Notes: generated by a model from the sequence alone, not told the origin. Numbered from the stretch's first letter, positions 17,739 to 34,271 are shown. The stretch is 64,000 nt of DNA from Escherichia coli (GCF_022846255.1 NZ_AP025682.1); one strand, 5' to 3'. A program made the numbers and translations.

Positions 17739-19403
17739 TCAGGCTACCTTTTCGACAGAAACGTCGGCATCAGGGCGGGTCAGCGTCATTACCGACGCCA
17801 GTTTATTCAGCATATTACCCAGAGTTTGCGGAATGGCGGTGGCGGCAACAAAGCGATCCGGGCGCATCACCACCAGCGAAGCATTGTGTTGCGCGAACCA
17901 GCTACGCAGGCGACCTTGCGTATCGCCCACGCGTAGTACGCCGTCGTGGTTATCCTGTGCGGTATGAATTTGCACTTCCGGCACCACCTGAATGAAGCGT
18001 GTGCCCAACGCGCGCCACTGCTGGATTTGCTCGTCGCTCATCCCCCACAGTGGATTGCATCCCCAGCCAATTACCGCGAAGTTCGCGCCGATCGCGTTAT
18101 CGAGCAGCGTCACGTCGCCGTTTTCCAGCGTGACTTTCGGCTGAATAAACATCTTGCCGACCGGAGAGTGCTTCGCTTCGCCCTCACGCACCAGCGCACC
18201 GCCGTAATATTGCGGCATCGGCTTGAAGCGCATTTCGAGGAAGTAGCGTTTTACTGGCGGCAGATAATTCAACAGCCAGGAAACGCCGTCACGTAACGTA
18301 CCCTGCCAGCGTTTCGGCGGAGCCAGCACGTTGCCCGCCGTCACGGACAGGTCAATCATCGCTTTGGCGTGATCGCGACGTTCTTGTTGATAGGTATCGA
18401 GCAGCGCATCGCGGGCTTTCCCCTGGATAACCAACGCCAGTTTCCATGCGAGGTTAAAGGCGTCGCGCATACCACTGTTATAGCCCTGCCCCTGCCACAC
18501 CGGCATGATGTGCGCGGCATCGCCCGCCAGCAGTACGCGATCAATACGAAAACGTTGCGCCAGTCGCGCGTTGTGGGTGTAGACACGCTGGCGAATCAAT
18601 TCAACATTGTCCGGATTAGGCAGCACTTTGCTTAACAGCTTGCGCATATTTTGCGGCTCACGCAGCTGTTCTTCGGTTTCTCCCGGCATCACCATAAATT
18701 CAAAGCGACGTACCGCATGAGGCAGCGCGGCAGAAACATACGGGCGCACCGGATCACAACACAAATAGATATGCGGCGTACTTAACGGATCGTTGGCGAT
18801 ATCTACCACAATCCACTGATTTGGCGCGGTTTTACCTTCAAACGGTACATTCAGGGTGCGACGAACAAAACTTGCCCCACCATCACAGGCCACCAGCCAC
18901 TGAGCTTTGACCGTTTCCCGCTGCCCTTCTGCCGTTTTCAGGTGCAAGGTCACTTCGTCATCTTGCTGGCTGAAGGCCTCCAGCTCGCGGGAAAACAAGC
19001 AGCGCACATTCGGAAAACGCGACAATCCTTCCAGCATCACCGCATCGACCTGCGGCTGAATAAAGGCGTTACGGCGCGGCCAGCCAAATTCATCGGTCAT
19101 TGGCTGAATATCAGCAAAACAGCGGCCTTTTGGAGTAAGAAAACGCATCGCATGCCACGGCGTAGTGTGCGGCAGAACATTATCAACCAGGCCAACCGAC
19201 TGCATGGTGCGCAGCGCCTCGTCATCAATACCAATCGCACGCGGGTAGTCGATCAACTTATCGAGTTTCTCCACCACCAGCACGTCAATGCCCATCTGGC
19301 CGAGATAGTTCGCCATCATCAGCCCAACCGGACCGGCACCAGCGATCGCCACCTGAACGCTATGGTTAACAGCAGGCTGGATGTCAGGGTGTTGTATTGC
19401 CAT
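17739..19403 (-). CDS. mhpA: 3-(3-hydroxyphenyl)propionate hydroxylase (FAD monooxygenase)
   Basis: 554 aa; FAD-binding [13 protein letters not shown] near N-terminus. Confidence 0.95.
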   Translation of the reverse strand: MAIQHPDIQPAVNHSVQVAIAGAGPVGLMMANYLGQMGIDVLVVEKLDKLIDYPRAIGIDDEALRTMQSVGLVDNVLPHTTPWHAMRFLTPKGRCFADIQPMTDEFGWPRRNAFIQPQVDAVMLEGLSRFPNVRCLFSRELEAFSQQDDEVTLHLKTAEGQRETVKAQWLVACDGGASFVRRTLNVPFEGKTAPNQWIVVDIANDPLSTPHIYLCCDPVRPYVSAALPHAVRRFEFMVMPGETEEQLREPQNMRKLLSKVLPNPDNVELIRQRVYTHNARLAQRFRIDRVLLAGDAAHIMPVWQGQGYNSGMRDAFNLAWKLALVIQGKARDALLDTYQQERRDHAKAMIDLSVTAGNVLAPPKRWQGTLRDGVSWLLNYLPPVKRYFLEMRFKPMPQYYGGALVREGEAKHSPVGKMFIQPKVTLENGDVTLLDNAIGANFAVIGWGCNPLWGMSDEQIQQWRALGTRFIQVVPEVQIHTAQDNHDGVLRVGDTQGRLRSWFAQHNASLVVMRPDRFVAATAIPQTLGNMLNKLASVMTLTRPDADVSVEKVA

Positions 19404-19544
19404 TTCAGTACCTCACGACTCGGACAAAATGCCGTTGCGCGCACAGTACGGCGCAACTTATTTTGTTAAAAACATGTAAATGATTTTTTATTGTGCGCTC
19501 AGTATAGGAAGGGTGTTTTCGGCTACAATCAAAACATGCCCGAA

Positions 19545-19561
19545 TGTGCACCATGTGCACA
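19545..19561. promoter_or_regulatory. 17-bp imperfect palindrome TGTGCACCATGTGCACA in the mhpR/mhpA divergent region (candidate MhpR operator)
   Basis: Inverted GTGCAC half-sites read directly; matches my memory of the MhpR site as a 17-bp GTGCAC-containing palindrome. Confidence 0.5.
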
Positions 19562-19593
19562 ACGTTGTTTTAACTATAGAAATGTCAATTAAT

Positions 19594-20427
19594 ATGCAGA
19601 ACAATGAGCAGACGGAATACAAAACCGTACGCGGCTTAACCCGCGGTCTAATGTTATTAAATATGTTAAATAAACTTGACGGCGGTGCCAGCGTCGGGCT
19701 GCTGGCGGAACTCAGCGGCCTGCATCGCACCACTGTGCGGCGACTGCTGGAGACGCTGCAGGAAGAGGGATATGTCCGGCGTAGTCCCTCCGATGATAGT
19801 TTCCGTTTGACCATCAAAGTGCGGCAATTAAGCGAAGGATTTCGTGACGAACAGTGGATTTCTGCACTGGCGGCCCCATTGCTGGGCGATCTGTTGCGCG
19901 AAGTGGTTTGGCCAACAGATGTGTCCACCCTGGATGTTGATGCAATGGTGGTACGCGAAACCACCCACCGTTTCAGCCGCTTATCCTTTCACCGGGCAAT
20001 GGTCGGGCGACGGTTACCGCTTCTGAAAACCGCCTCGGGCCTGACCTGGCTGGCCTTTTGCCCCGAACAAGAACGCAAGGAATTAATCGAGATGTTAGCC
20101 TCCCGCCCCGGTGATGACTATCAACTGGCACGGGAACCGTTAAAACTGGAAGCCATTCTGGCGCGGGCGCGCAAAGAGGGGTACGGACAGAACTACCGCG
20201 GCTGGGATCAAGAAGAAAAGATCGCCTCTATTGCCGTACCGCTGCGCAGTGAACAACGGGTGATTGGCTGTCTGAATCTGGTGTATATGGCGAGCGCAAT
20301 GACCATTGAACAGGCAGCGGAAAAACATCTTCCGGCGCTACAACGGGTGGCAAAACAGATCGAAGAAGGGGTTGAATCGCAGGCTATTCTGGTGGCCGGA
20401 CGGCGAAGCGGCGTGCATTTACGTTGA
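19594..20427 (+). CDS. mhpR: IclR-family activator of the mhp operon
   Basis: 277 aa from ATG 19594 (MQNNEQTEYKTVRGLTRGLMLLNML...); an alternative ATG at 19582 cannot be excluded. Confidence 0.9.
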   Translation: MQNNEQTEYKTVRGLTRGLMLLNMLNKLDGGASVGLLAELSGLHRTTVRRLLETLQEEGYVRRSPSDDSFRLTIKVRQLSEGFRDEQWISALAAPLLGDLLREVVWPTDVSTLDVDAMVVRETTHRFSRLSFHRAMVGRRLPLLKTASGLTWLAFCPEQERKELIEMLASRPGDDYQLAREPLKLEAILARARKEGYGQNYRGWDQEEKIASIAVPLRSEQRVIGCLNLVYMASAMTIEQAAEKHLPALQRVAKQIEEGVESQAILVAGRRSGVHLR

Positions 20428-20503
20428 CACCATCGAATGGCGCAAAACCTTTCGTGGTATGGCATGATAGCGCCCGGAAGAGAGTCAATTCAGGGTGGTG
20501 AAT

Positions 20504-21586
20504 GTGAAACCAGTAACGCTATACGATGTCGCAGAGTATGCCGGTGTCTCTTATCAGACCGTTTCCCGCGTGGTGAACCAGGCCAGCCACGTTTCTGCGA
20601 AAACGCGGGAAAAAGTAGAAGCGGCGATGGCGGAGCTGAATTACATTCCCAACCGCGTGGCACAACAACTGGCGGGCAAGCAGTCGTTGCTGATTGGCGT
20701 TGCCACCTCCAGTCTGGCCCTGCACGCGCCGTCGCAAATTGTCGCGGCGATTAAATCTCGCGCCGATCAACTGGGTGCCAGCGTGGTGGTGTCGATGGTA
20801 GAACGAAGCGGCGTCGAAGCCTGTAAAGCGGCGGTGCACAATCTTCTCGCGCAACGCGTCAGTGGGCTGATCATTAACTATCCGCTGGATGACCAGGATG
20901 CCATTGCTGTGGAAGCTGCCTGCACTAATGTTCCGGCTTTATTTCTTGATGTCTCTGACCAGACACCCATCAACAGTATTATTTTCTCCCATGAAGACGG
21001 TACGCGACTGGGCGTGGAGCATCTGGTCGCATTGGGTCACCAGCAAATCGCGCTGTTAGCAGGTCCATTAAGTTCTGTCTCGGCGCGTCTGCGTCTGGCG
21101 GGCTGGCATAAATATCTCACACGCAATCAAATTCAGCCGATAGCGGAACGGGAAGGCGACTGGAGTGCTATGTCCGGTTTTCAACAAACCATGCAAATGC
21201 TGAATGAGGGCATCGTCCCCACTGCGATGCTGGTTGCCAACGATCAGATGGCGCTGGGCGCAATGCGCGCCATTACCGAGTCCGGGCTGCGCGTTGGTGC
21301 GGATATCTCGGTAGTGGGATACGACGATACCGAAGACAGCTCGTGTTATATCCCGCCGTTAACCACCATCAAACAGGATTTTCGCCTGCTGGGGCAAACC
21401 AGCGTGGACCGCTTGCTGCAACTCTCTCAGGGCCAGGCGGTGAAGGGCAATCAGCTGTTGCCCGTCTCACTGGTGAAAAGAAAAACCACCCTTCCGCCCA
21501 ATACGCAAACCGCTTCTCCCCAGGCGTTGGCAGATTCTTTAATGCAGCTGGCGCGACAAATTTCCCGACTCGAAAGCGGGCAGTGA
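20504..21586 (+). CDS. lacI: lactose operon repressor
   Basis: GTG start at 20504 gives MKPVTLYDVAEYAGVSYQTVSRVVNQ..., 360 aa; the ORF track starts 9 nt upstream in the same frame. Confidence 0.97.
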   Translation: MKPVTLYDVAEYAGVSYQTVSRVVNQASHVSAKTREKVEAAMAELNYIPNRVAQQLAGKQSLLIGVATSSLALHAPSQIVAAIKSRADQLGASVVVSMVERSGVEACKAAVHNLLAQRVSGLIINYPLDDQDAIAVEAACTNVPALFLDVSDQTPINSIIFSHEDGTRLGVEHLVALGHQQIALLAGPLSSVSARLRLAGWHKYLTRNQIQPIAEREGDWSAMSGFQQTMQMLNEGIVPTAMLVANDQMALGAMRAITESGLRVGADISVVGYDDTEDSSCYIPPLTTIKQDFRLLGQTSVDRLLQLSQGQAVKGNQLLPVSLVKRKTTLPPNTQTASPQALADSLMQLARQISRLESGQ

Positions 21587-21598
21587 GCGCAACGCAAT

Positions 21599-21599
<1 letters not shown>
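21579..21599. promoter_or_regulatory. lac operator O3
   Basis: GGCAGTGAGCGCAACGCAATT overlapping the lacI 3' end. Confidence 0.85.
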
Positions 21600-24783
<3,184 letters not shown>

Positions 24784-24789
24784 TAATAA

Positions 24790-26088
<1,299 letters not shown>

Positions 26089-26097
26089 GCAATCAAT

Positions 26098-26128
26098 GTC
26101 GGATGCGGCGCGAGCGCCTTATCCGACC
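26098..26128. repeat. REP element between lacY and lacA
   Basis: GTCGGATGCGGCGCGAGCGCCTTATCCGACC. Confidence 0.75.
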
Positions 26129-26153
26129 AACATATCAGGGCGGAATGATCGCA

Positions 26154-26765
26154 ATGAACATGTCGATGACAGAAAGAATAAAAGCAGGCAAGCTATTTAC
26201 CGATATGTGCGAAGGCTTACCTGAAAAAAGACTTCGTGGAAAAACGTTAATGTATGAGTTTAATCACTCGCATCCATCAGAAGTTGATAAAAGAGAAAGC
26301 CTGATTAAAGAAATGTTTGCCACGGTAGGGGAAAACGCCTGGGTAGAACCCCCCGTCTATTTCTCTTACGGTTCCAACATCCATATAGGCCGCAATTTTT
26401 ATGCAAATTTCAATTTAACCATTGTCGACGACTACACGGTAACGATCGGTGATAACGTACTGATTGCACCCAACGTTACTCTTTCCGTTACGGGACACCC
26501 GATACACCATGAATTGAGAAAAAACGGAGAGATGTACTCTTTTCCGATAACGATTGGCAATAACGTCTGGATCGGAAGTCATGTGGTTATTAATCCAGGC
26601 GTCACCATCGGGGATAATTCTGTTATTGGCGCGGGTAGTATCGTCACAAAAGACATTCCACCAAACGTCGTGGCTACTGGCGTTCCTTGTCGGGTTATTC
26701 GCGAAATAAACGACCGGGATAAGCAATATTATTTCAAAGATTTTAAAGTTGAGTCTTCAGTTTAA
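26154..26765 (+). CDS. lacA: galactoside O-acetyltransferase
   Basis: 203 aa from ATG 26154 (MNMSMTERIKAGKLFTDM...); hexapeptide-repeat acyltransferase. The ORF-track N-terminal extension is a translation of the REP. Confidence 0.95.
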   Translation: MNMSMTERIKAGKLFTDMCEGLPEKRLRGKTLMYEFNHSHPSEVDKRESLIKEMFATVGENAWVEPPVYFSYGSNIHIGRNFYANFNLTIVDDYTVTIGDNVLIAPNVTLSVTGHPIHHELRKNGEMYSFPITIGNNVWIGSHVVINPGVTIGDNSVIGAGSIVTKDIPPNVVATGVPCRVIREINDRDKQYYFKDFKVESSV

Positions 26766-26778
26766 ATAAGCAAAATTA

Positions 26779-26849
26779 CCTGATGCGCTCCGCTTATCAG
26801 GCCTACAATTTCAGTGATCTACGTAGGCCGGATAAGGTGTTCACGCCGC
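26779..26849. repeat. REP pair between lacA and codA
   Basis: CCTGATGCGCTCCGCTTATCAGGCCTAC ... GTAGGCCGGATAAGGTGTTCACGCCGCATCCGGC. Confidence 0.75.
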
Positions 26850-26885
26850 ATCCGGCATAAACTACGCTCGCGGTAGCCCAGCCGA

Positions 26886-28169
26886 TTACCGTTTGTAATC
26901 GATGGCTTCTGGCTGCTCCAGATATACGGTGGTTTGTGCCGGTTGTGTGCTGGCAATCACCTTACCGCCACGTACCGAATAACGTACCGGAACCTGACGG
27001 CGCAACGCATCAAACCCATTTTCAGCCGGCAGGATAATCAGGTTGGCGCTGTTTCCGGCGGCAATGCCGTAATCCTGCAAATTCAACGTCCTGGCGCTAT
27101 GGTGGGTGATTAAATTCAGGCCGTCGTTAATCTGCCCGTAGCCCATCAGTTGGCAAACATGCAGCCCCATATGCAGCACTTGCAGCATATTCGCCGTTCC
27201 CAGCGGATACCACGGATCGAAGACATCATCGTGACCAAAGCAGACGTTAATGCCGGACTCCAGCATCTCTTTAACGCGCGTGATACCGCGACGTTTTGGA
27301 TACGTATCGAAACGTCCTTGCAGATGAATATTGACCAACGGGTTGGCGACAAAGTTAATACCGGACATTTTCAGCAAACGAAACAGGCGCGAAGTATACG
27401 CCCCGTTATAGGAGTGCATTGCCGTAGTATGGCTGGCGGTGACTCGCGCGCCCATGCCTTCACGGTGCGCCAGGGCAGCAACGGTTTCGACAAAGCGTGA
27501 TTGCTCATCATCAATCTCGTCACAGTGAACATCGATGAGACGGTCGTATTTTTGCGCCAGGGCGAAGGTTTTATGCAGCGACTCCACGCCATATTCACGG
27601 GTAAATTCAAAATGCGGAATCGCCCCAACAACGTCTGCCCCTAAGCGTAACGCCTCTTCCAGCAACGCTTCACCATTGGGATACGACAAAATCCCTTCCT
27701 GCGGGAAGGCGACGATTTGTAGATCAATCCACGGCGCAACTTCCTGTTTCACTTCCAGCATTGCTTTCAGCGCAGTCAGCGTTGCGTCCGAAACATCGAC
27801 ATGGGTACGCACATGCTGAATGCCGTTGGCAATCTGCCATTTCAGCGTTTGCCATGCGCGTTGTTTCACATCGTCATGAGTTAATAACGCTTTGCGCTCG
27901 GCCCAGCGTTCAATGCCTTCAAACAGCGTGCCGGACTGATTCCAGTTCGGTTGTCCGGCGGTTTGCGTGGTGTCCAGGTGAATATGCGGCTCCACAAACG
28001 GCGGTAAAACTAAACCTTGTTCGGCATCCAGGCTGTTTTCAGTTACGGGCATCACACCAGATTGCGTATCAATGGCGCTGATTTTTCCGTCGTGAAGATG
28101 AATCTGCCACAGCCCCTCTTTGCCGGGTAACCGGGCGTTAATAATTGTTTGTAAAGCGTTATTCGACAC
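26886..28169 (-). CDS. codA: cytosine deaminase
   Basis: 427 aa from GTG 28169 ([16 protein letters not shown]...); metal ligands HIH..H..D present. Confidence 0.95.
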   Translation of the reverse strand: MSNNALQTIINARLPGKEGLWQIHLHDGKISAIDTQSGVMPVTENSLDAEQGLVLPPFVEPHIHLDTTQTAGQPNWNQSGTLFEGIERWAERKALLTHDDVKQRAWQTLKWQIANGIQHVRTHVDVSDATLTALKAMLEVKQEVAPWIDLQIVAFPQEGILSYPNGEALLEEALRLGADVVGAIPHFEFTREYGVESLHKTFALAQKYDRLIDVHCDEIDDEQSRFVETVAALAHREGMGARVTASHTTAMHSYNGAYTSRLFRLLKMSGINFVANPLVNIHLQGRFDTYPKRRGITRVKEMLESGINVCFGHDDVFDPWYPLGTANMLQVLHMGLHVCQLMGYGQINDGLNLITHHSARTLNLQDYGIAAGNSANLIILPAENGFDALRRQVPVRYSVRGGKVIASTQPAQTTVYLEQPEAIDYKR

Positions 28170-29418
28170 TGTTAGCCTCCACATGCGTCATTGCTGCTGT
28201 CGTTTTACGATTCAAAATCGGGTTAAGGATCAGATAGCTCAGCGCGCCACCTAATACCGCGTTGACCGGAACAATTCCCGGTAACCAGTGGCCTGCGGCA
28301 ATCCCCAGCGCGACCGCCAGAATCGCCACCCAATTGACACTCATCATACGCGTGGTCGCAAAGTGCTCATAGCGGCGACGGTTCATCAGATAATCAGCGA
28401 TGATCACGCCGCCCACCGGAGGAATAGCTGCCGAAAGGAAGGTCAACCAGCCGACAAAATTGTTATACAGCCATAATGCGCAGACCGTACCGATAATACC
28501 GTTAATCACCGAAAGGGTTTTGCTCGACATACCGGTAATGTTGGCGAAACCTAAACCCGACGCATAGAGCGCGTTATCGTTGGTGGTCCAGATATTCAGC
28601 CCCAGCACCACAATCGCAGGCAGCAGCAGGCCCTGAGCAATCATCACATCAGAGATATCCGCCATCCCCAGTGCCGCCGCGCCCGCTGCACCGAAAATAA
28701 ACATCAACGAGTTGCCGAGGAAAAAGGCCACCATCGCCACCAGCACCGCCAGTTTGGCATTACGACCAAACCGGACAAAGTCAGCGGTGAGCGTGCCCGC
28801 ACTGATAAATGACCCCACAACCAGCGCCAGCGCGACATTGAAATCTAACGGTTGTGCGGGAACGACCGCTTTTAATGCGTCCAGGCCGCCCATGCCGTTA
28901 ACGGCCAACCACACGGAATAACCGCCAAGACAGGCGATAGCCGGAACCGCAATCACCGAAAGAACTGTCAGCGCCGAAATGCCAAAGAAGACGGTGACGG
29001 TCATCAGTAAACCGGAGACGGCAATCAGCAAATTAATATCCAGCCCGGTTGCCTTGCCCACCGGAATAGCAAACATCGCCACGCCAACGCCAAACCAGCC
29101 AACCTGGGTGCCGCCCAGCAGCAGTGAAGGCAACCATGAGCCTTTAACACCAAACGAGAAGCGAGCAAGAAGATGGGTGGTCAGGCCGGTTTTTGCGCCA
29201 ATGTAACCAAGAAATGAAGTGTAAATACCGAGGAGAAGATTACCGATGAGAACTGCGAGGAAGAAATCATGATAGCTAAGACCGGTTCCGAGAGTGCCGC
29301 CGGTCCACATACTGGCGGAAAAGAAGGTTAATCCCAGCATGACGAACGTCAATGCCAATACCCCTTTCCGCGCCGACTGCGGGACTGGCCCCTGGCTAAA
29401 GTTGTTATCTTGCGACAC
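28159..29418 (-). CDS. codB: cytosine permease
   Basis: 419 aa membrane protein [19 protein letters not shown]...; 11-nt overlap with codA start. Confidence 0.95.
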   Translation of the reverse strand: MSQDNNFSQGPVPQSARKGVLALTFVMLGLTFFSASMWTGGTLGTGLSYHDFFLAVLIGNLLLGIYTSFLGYIGAKTGLTTHLLARFSFGVKGSWLPSLLLGGTQVGWFGVGVAMFAIPVGKATGLDINLLIAVSGLLMTVTVFFGISALTVLSVIAVPAIACLGGYSVWLAVNGMGGLDALKAVVPAQPLDFNVALALVVGSFISAGTLTADFVRFGRNAKLAVLVAMVAFFLGNSLMFIFGAAGAAALGMADISDVMIAQGLLLPAIVVLGLNIWTTNDNALYASGLGFANITGMSSKTLSVINGIIGTVCALWLYNNFVGWLTFLSAAIPPVGGVIIADYLMNRRRYEHFATTRMMSVNWVAILAVALGIAAGHWLPGIVPVNAVLGGALSYLILNPILNRKTTAAMTHVEANSVE

Positions 29419-29574
29419 GAAATTCCCCCTTTTTGCTGTTTGAAACCCAAAAAATCCGCCGCATTCTATTCATCTGAAGATAAAAAGCAATCGTTTTCGT
29501 AGGGGGATATATTTTTTATATGAATGAGTGCAAAAAGGCGGGGGAAACTTATCTGTGTAAAAACAGTGGGTAGG

Positions 29575-29650
29575 CATGATAAGACGCGTCAGCGTCGCAT
29601 CAGGCATCTGCGCACGGTGTCGGATGCGGCGCGAGCGCCTTATCCGACCT
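29575..29650. repeat. REP pair between codB promoter region and prpE 3' end
   Basis: GATAAGACGCGTCAGCGTCGCATCAGGC ... GTCGGATGCGGCGCGAGCGCCTTATCCGACC. Confidence 0.75.
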
Positions 29651-31535
29651 ACTCTTCCATCGCCTGGCGGATCTGATCCAACGACGCCGGATCATCAATG
29701 GTCGTCAGATCCCCCGGATCGCGTCCTTCGCAAATCGCCTGGATCGTGCGGCGCAGCATTTTTCCGGATCGCGTTTTTGGCAATTGCGAGACAAACCAGA
29801 CGTGCGCCGGGCGGCCAAAGTTGCCAATCTGGCTGTCCACCAGCGCCATAATCGCCTTCTCTTGCGAGTGCGCCACCTCACGGTCTTCCAGACTGTCGCT
29901 CTCTTTCGGAATGACAAACGCCACCGCCACCTGCCCTTTCAGCGCATCTTTCACCCCAACCACCGCCACTTCGGCAACGCCCGGATGACTGGAGATACTC
30001 TCTTCAATCTCACGCGTACCCAGCCGATGTCCGGCAACGTTAATCACATCGTCAGTGCGCCCGAGAATAAAGTGATAACCGTCAGCATCGCGGATGCCCC
30101 AGTCAAAAGTGGCGTACACCGGACGGGAAAACAGCGACCAGTACGTCTTCACAAAGCGGTCGTCGTCGCCCCAGATGGTCTGAATACAGCCTGGCGGCAA
30201 TGGCCCCTCCACCACCAGCATCCCTTTCTCATTGACGCCACACGGTTCACCGGTGACTTCATTGAGCAACTGCACGTTATAGCCATACATCGGCACGCCG
30301 GGGCTTCCCAGACGCGTCGGTCTGTCATCCAGACCGCGAGCAATCGCCATAATCGGCCAGCCGGATTCGGTCTGCCAGTAGTTGTCGATGACCGGCACAT
30401 CCAGCGTATTGCTCACCCAACTGGCGGTCGGCTCGTCCAGCGGTTCTCCAGCCAGATAGAGCACTTCCAGCGACGAAAGATCGTGTTTGCGAATTTCAGC
30501 GGTAGGGAATTTTTTCAGCACGCGAATGGCGGTCGGCGCTGAGAACATGCGGCTAACCTGATATTTCTCGACAATTTTCCACCACACGCCGCAGTCCGGC
30601 CAGGTCGGCAATCCTTCGTAAACGATAGTCGCCATCCCCGCCAGCAGCGGCGCGTAAACGATATACGAATGCCCTACCACCCAGCCGATATCCGAAGCAC
30701 AAAAGAACACGCCGCCCGCTTTGCCGCCAAAAATGATGTCCATCGAGGTCGCCAGCGCCACCGCATATCCGCCGACATCACGCTGCACACCTTTAGGTTT
30801 GCCGGTCGTGCCGGAGGTGTAGAGAATGCAGGAGGTTTCGTTGGATTCCAGCCACGCCACCGGCACCCGCGCGCCGATGTGCTGATGGCGCAACGACGCG
30901 AAATCGACATCCCGCCCGCTAACGCGCGCCATTTTCGCCAGCCCGCGATCCACCAGTAAAACGTGACGCGGCTGATGCTGTGCCTGACTTATCGCATCGT
31001 CGAGCAATTTTTTATACGGAATGATTTTACCGCCGCGCGCCCCGGCATCAGCCGAGACAATCAGCACCGGTTTAGCGTCATCAATTCGCGTTGCCACGCT
31101 GTGCGAAGCAAATCCCCCAAACACCACCGAGTGAATAGCACCAATGCGCGCGCAGGCCAGCAGGGTAATATGCGCTTCGGCAATCATCGGCATATACACC
31201 AGCACCCGATCGCCACGCTGCACGCCCAGTGAGCGCAGCATTGACGCCACCGCATTCACTTCGTCATGCAGCTGGCGGAAGGTAAAGGTACGCTCTTCCT
31301 CTGTTTCCGAAGAGACGGCAATCAATGCCAGCGCCCCTGGCTGTTTCTCCAGCCAGCGATCGATAGCGTTGTGACACAAGTTGGTTCGGCCTTCACAAAA
31401 CCAACGGGCAAACGGCGGGTTGCTGTGGTCTAGCGTTTGCGTAAAGGGCGTCTGCCAGTCAATACGCCGGGCCTGCTCGGCCCAGAACTGCTCCGGTTCG
31501 TTAATCGAACGCTGATAAAATTCGCTAAAAGACAT
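29649..31535 (-). CDS. prpE: propionyl-CoA synthetase
   Basis: 628 aa acyl-CoA synthetase MSFSEFYQRSINEPEQFWAEQARRID... Confidence 0.95.
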   Translation of the reverse strand: MSFSEFYQRSINEPEQFWAEQARRIDWQTPFTQTLDHSNPPFARWFCEGRTNLCHNAIDRWLEKQPGALALIAVSSETEEERTFTFRQLHDEVNAVASMLRSLGVQRGDRVLVYMPMIAEAHITLLACARIGAIHSVVFGGFASHSVATRIDDAKPVLIVSADAGARGGKIIPYKKLLDDAISQAQHQPRHVLLVDRGLAKMARVSGRDVDFASLRHQHIGARVPVAWLESNETSCILYTSGTTGKPKGVQRDVGGYAVALATSMDIIFGGKAGGVFFCASDIGWVVGHSYIVYAPLLAGMATIVYEGLPTWPDCGVWWKIVEKYQVSRMFSAPTAIRVLKKFPTAEIRKHDLSSLEVLYLAGEPLDEPTASWVSNTLDVPVIDNYWQTESGWPIMAIARGLDDRPTRLGSPGVPMYGYNVQLLNEVTGEPCGVNEKGMLVVEGPLPPGCIQTIWGDDDRFVKTYWSLFSRPVYATFDWGIRDADGYHFILGRTDDVINVAGHRLGTREIEESISSHPGVAEVAVVGVKDALKGQVAVAFVIPKESDSLEDREVAHSQEKAIMALVDSQIGNFGRPAHVWFVSQLPKTRSGKMLRRTIQAICEGRDPGDLTTIDDPASLDQIRQAMEE

Positions 31536-31574
31536 AATGCTCTCCTGTTGAACTTACGCCTTACCGCCGTTTAC

Positions 31575-33026
31575 TTAAATGACGTACAGGTCGAGATACT
31601 CATTGACCGGCATCTGTTCCAGGCGAGTTCTGTCGAGAGAAACCTCCAGAATGCGCTGCTGCTGGCGAGTCGGGAACTGGCGCGCGAGATTGATTTTGAA
31701 TTTATCGACCAGCTTCGGAATGCCATCCTGACGGCGGCGAGCATGACCAATGGGGTACTCCACCACCACTTCTTCAAAGCGCGTGCCGTCGGTGAACTCA
31801 AGGGTTATGGCATTGGCGATGGCGCGTTTTTCCGGGTCGTGGTAGTCAGCGGTAAACGCCGGATCTTCAAAGCAATTGCTCTTCTCGCGCAGGGCGTCGA
31901 TGCGTTTATCTTGCGCAACGTTGTCCTCGTAATCTGCCGCCGTTAAGCGCCCGAACAGCAGCGGGATCGCCACCATGTACTGAATGCAGTGGTCGCGGTC
32001 AGCCGGGTTATTGAGCGGCCCTTTTTTGTCGATGATGCGAATACAGGCTTCGTGGGTGCGAATGGTCACTTTTTCGATATCTGCCGCCGTTTTGCCTGCT
32101 GCCTGCATCTGTTCATAGAGCGTCATCGCTGCTTCAACTGCCGTCTGGGAGTGGAACTCCGCCGGAAAGGAGATTTTGAACAGCACATTTTCCATGACGT
32201 AAGAACCGTACGGACGCTGGAAGCGGAACGACTCACCTTTAAAGGAGACGTCGTAGAAACCCCACACCGGCGCGGTCAGAGCTGACGGGTAACCCATTTC
32301 GCCCGTTTTCGCCATCAGCGCCAGACGTACCGCGCGGGACGTGGCATCGCCCGCCGCCCAGGATTTACGCGTACCGGTGTTCGGTGCATGACGATAAGTG
32401 CGCAGCGACTGTCCGTCTACCCATGCCAGCGAAACGGCGTTGAGAATTTCCTCGCGGGTCAGGCCGAGCATTTCGGCGACCACGGCGGTGGAAGCCACTT
32501 TCACTAACAGAACGTGGTCGAGACCAACGCGGTTAAAGGAGTTTTCCAGCGCGATGCAGCCCTGAATTTCATGGGCTTTGATCATTGCGGTCAGCACCTG
32601 TTTCATGGTCAACGGCGCTTTGCCGCTGGCGATCGCGTTGCGCGAAAGCCAGTCCGCCGTTGCCAGAATGCCGCCGAGGTTGTCGGAAGGATGCCCCCAC
32701 TCCGCCGCCAGCCAGGTATCGTTGAAATCGAGCCAACGGATCATCGCGCCAATGTTAAATGCCGCCTGGACGGGGTCGAGCTGAAACTGAGTTCCGGGAA
32801 CGCGCACGCCGTTGGGTACGACGGTGCCGGGGACAATTGGCCCCAGCAGTTTTTTACAGGCCGGATATTCGAGAGCTTCCAGACCGCAGCCGAGCGTGTC
32901 GAGCAGGCAGTAATGTGCGGTGTCGTAGGCTACTCTGGAGCTGATTTCGTAGTTCATCACGTAATCGACGATATCAACGATTTCACGATCAAATTCCGGG
33001 CGAATGTTGTTGATTTGAGCTGACAT
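31575..33026 (-). CDS. prpD: 2-methylcitrate dehydratase
   Basis: 483 aa. Confidence 0.95.
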   Translation of the reverse strand: MSAQINNIRPEFDREIVDIVDYVMNYEISSRVAYDTAHYCLLDTLGCGLEALEYPACKKLLGPIVPGTVVPNGVRVPGTQFQLDPVQAAFNIGAMIRWLDFNDTWLAAEWGHPSDNLGGILATADWLSRNAIASGKAPLTMKQVLTAMIKAHEIQGCIALENSFNRVGLDHVLLVKVASTAVVAEMLGLTREEILNAVSLAWVDGQSLRTYRHAPNTGTRKSWAAGDATSRAVRLALMAKTGEMGYPSALTAPVWGFYDVSFKGESFRFQRPYGSYVMENVLFKISFPAEFHSQTAVEAAMTLYEQMQAAGKTAADIEKVTIRTHEACIRIIDKKGPLNNPADRDHCIQYMVAIPLLFGRLTAADYEDNVAQDKRIDALREKSNCFEDPAFTADYHDPEKRAIANAITLEFTDGTRFEEVVVEYPIGHARRRQDGIPKLVDKFKINLARQFPTRQQQRILEVSLDRTRLEQMPVNEYLDLYVI

Positions 33027-33059
33027 TGGGTACGTTTCCTTATTGTTATTCGTAGAGGT

Positions 33060-34229
33060 TTACTGGCGCTTATCCAGCGCGACAAACTGGCGGTCTTCCG
33101 GTCCAACGTAATTGGCGGAAGGACGGATAATTTTGTTGTCCTGACGTTGTTCGATAATGTGCGCCGCCCAGCCAGTGACGCGGGCGATAACAAACAGTGG
33201 TGTGAACATCTCGGTGGGAACACCCATCATGTTGTAGGAAACAGCGGAGAACCAGTCGAGATTGGGGAACATCTTTTTGCTCTCCCACATCACTGTTTCC
33301 AGGCGATCGGCGATGTTGTACATCTTCAGCGAGCCGCCTTCCTGCGAGAGCTGCTTTGCCACGCGTTTGATCACCTGGTGGCGCGGGTCGGCGATGGTAT
33401 AAACCGGATGCCCAAAACCAATGACCACTTCTTTGTTTTCCACCCGCTTACGGATATCAGCTTCGGCTTCGCCCGGCGTTTCGTAGCGTTGCTGGATCTC
33501 CAGCGACACTTCATTCGCCCCGCCGTGTTTCGGCCCGCGCAGTGCGCCAATCGCGCCAATAATGGCGGAATACATATCAGAGCCAGTGCCCGCAATCACC
33601 CGGCTGGTAAAGGTGGAAGCGTTAAACTCGTGTTCGGCGTACAGCACCAGCGAGATATGCATCGCCTTTTCCCAGCTTTGCGACGGCTTTTCGCCGTGCA
33701 GCAGATGCAGGAAGTGACCGCCGATAGAGTCGTCATCAGTTTCCGGCTGGATGCGTTCGCCGTTGTGGCTGTAGTGATACCAGTAGAGAAGAATCGAACT
33801 AAGTGACGCCAGCAGTTTGTCGGCAATATCCCGCGCACCAGAAACAGTGTGCCCCTCTTTTTCTGGCAGCGTGCAGCCGAGCGCGGAAACGCCGGTGCGC
33901 ATAACATCCATCGGGTGTGACGCCGCCGGTAAGGCTTCCAGCACGGTACGCACGTTAGCCGGTAAACCACGCTGGGCTTTCAGTTTCGTTTTGTAGGCGG
34001 CGAGTTCGTCACGGGTTGGCAGTTTGCCGTGGATCAGCAGGTGCGCCACTTCTTCAAATTCACAATGTTCCGCCAGATCAAGAATATCGTAGCCACGGTA
34101 ATGCAGGTCGTTGCCGCTTTTACCCACGGTGCAGAGCGCCGTATTGCCCGCCGGAACGCCGGAAAGTGCCACCGATTTTTTCGGTTTAATGACATGGGTA
34201 CTGTTTTGCAGGATCGTTGTGTCGCTCAT
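33060..34229 (-). CDS. prpC: 2-methylcitrate synthase
   Basis: 389 aa citrate-synthase family. Confidence 0.95.
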   Translation of the reverse strand: MSDTTILQNSTHVIKPKKSVALSGVPAGNTALCTVGKSGNDLHYRGYDILDLAEHCEFEEVAHLLIHGKLPTRDELAAYKTKLKAQRGLPANVRTVLEALPAASHPMDVMRTGVSALGCTLPEKEGHTVSGARDIADKLLASLSSILLYWYHYSHNGERIQPETDDDSIGGHFLHLLHGEKPSQSWEKAMHISLVLYAEHEFNASTFTSRVIAGTGSDMYSAIIGAIGALRGPKHGGANEVSLEIQQRYETPGEAEADIRKRVENKEVVIGFGHPVYTIADPRHQVIKRVAKQLSQEGGSLKMYNIADRLETVMWESKKMFPNLDWFSAVSYNMMGVPTEMFTPLFVIARVTGWAAHIIEQRQDNKIIRPSANYVGPEDRQFVALDKRQ

Positions 34230-34271
34230 ATTGTCCTCGTCATTGTTATCATTTGTAGGGTCGAGATTGTT

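Noticed and set aside
29784-30542. 252-aa plus-strand ORF inside prpE
   Set aside because: Antisense shadow ORF in a conserved acyl-CoA synthetase gene; arginine/histidine-rich translation typical of a GC-rich antisense frame.
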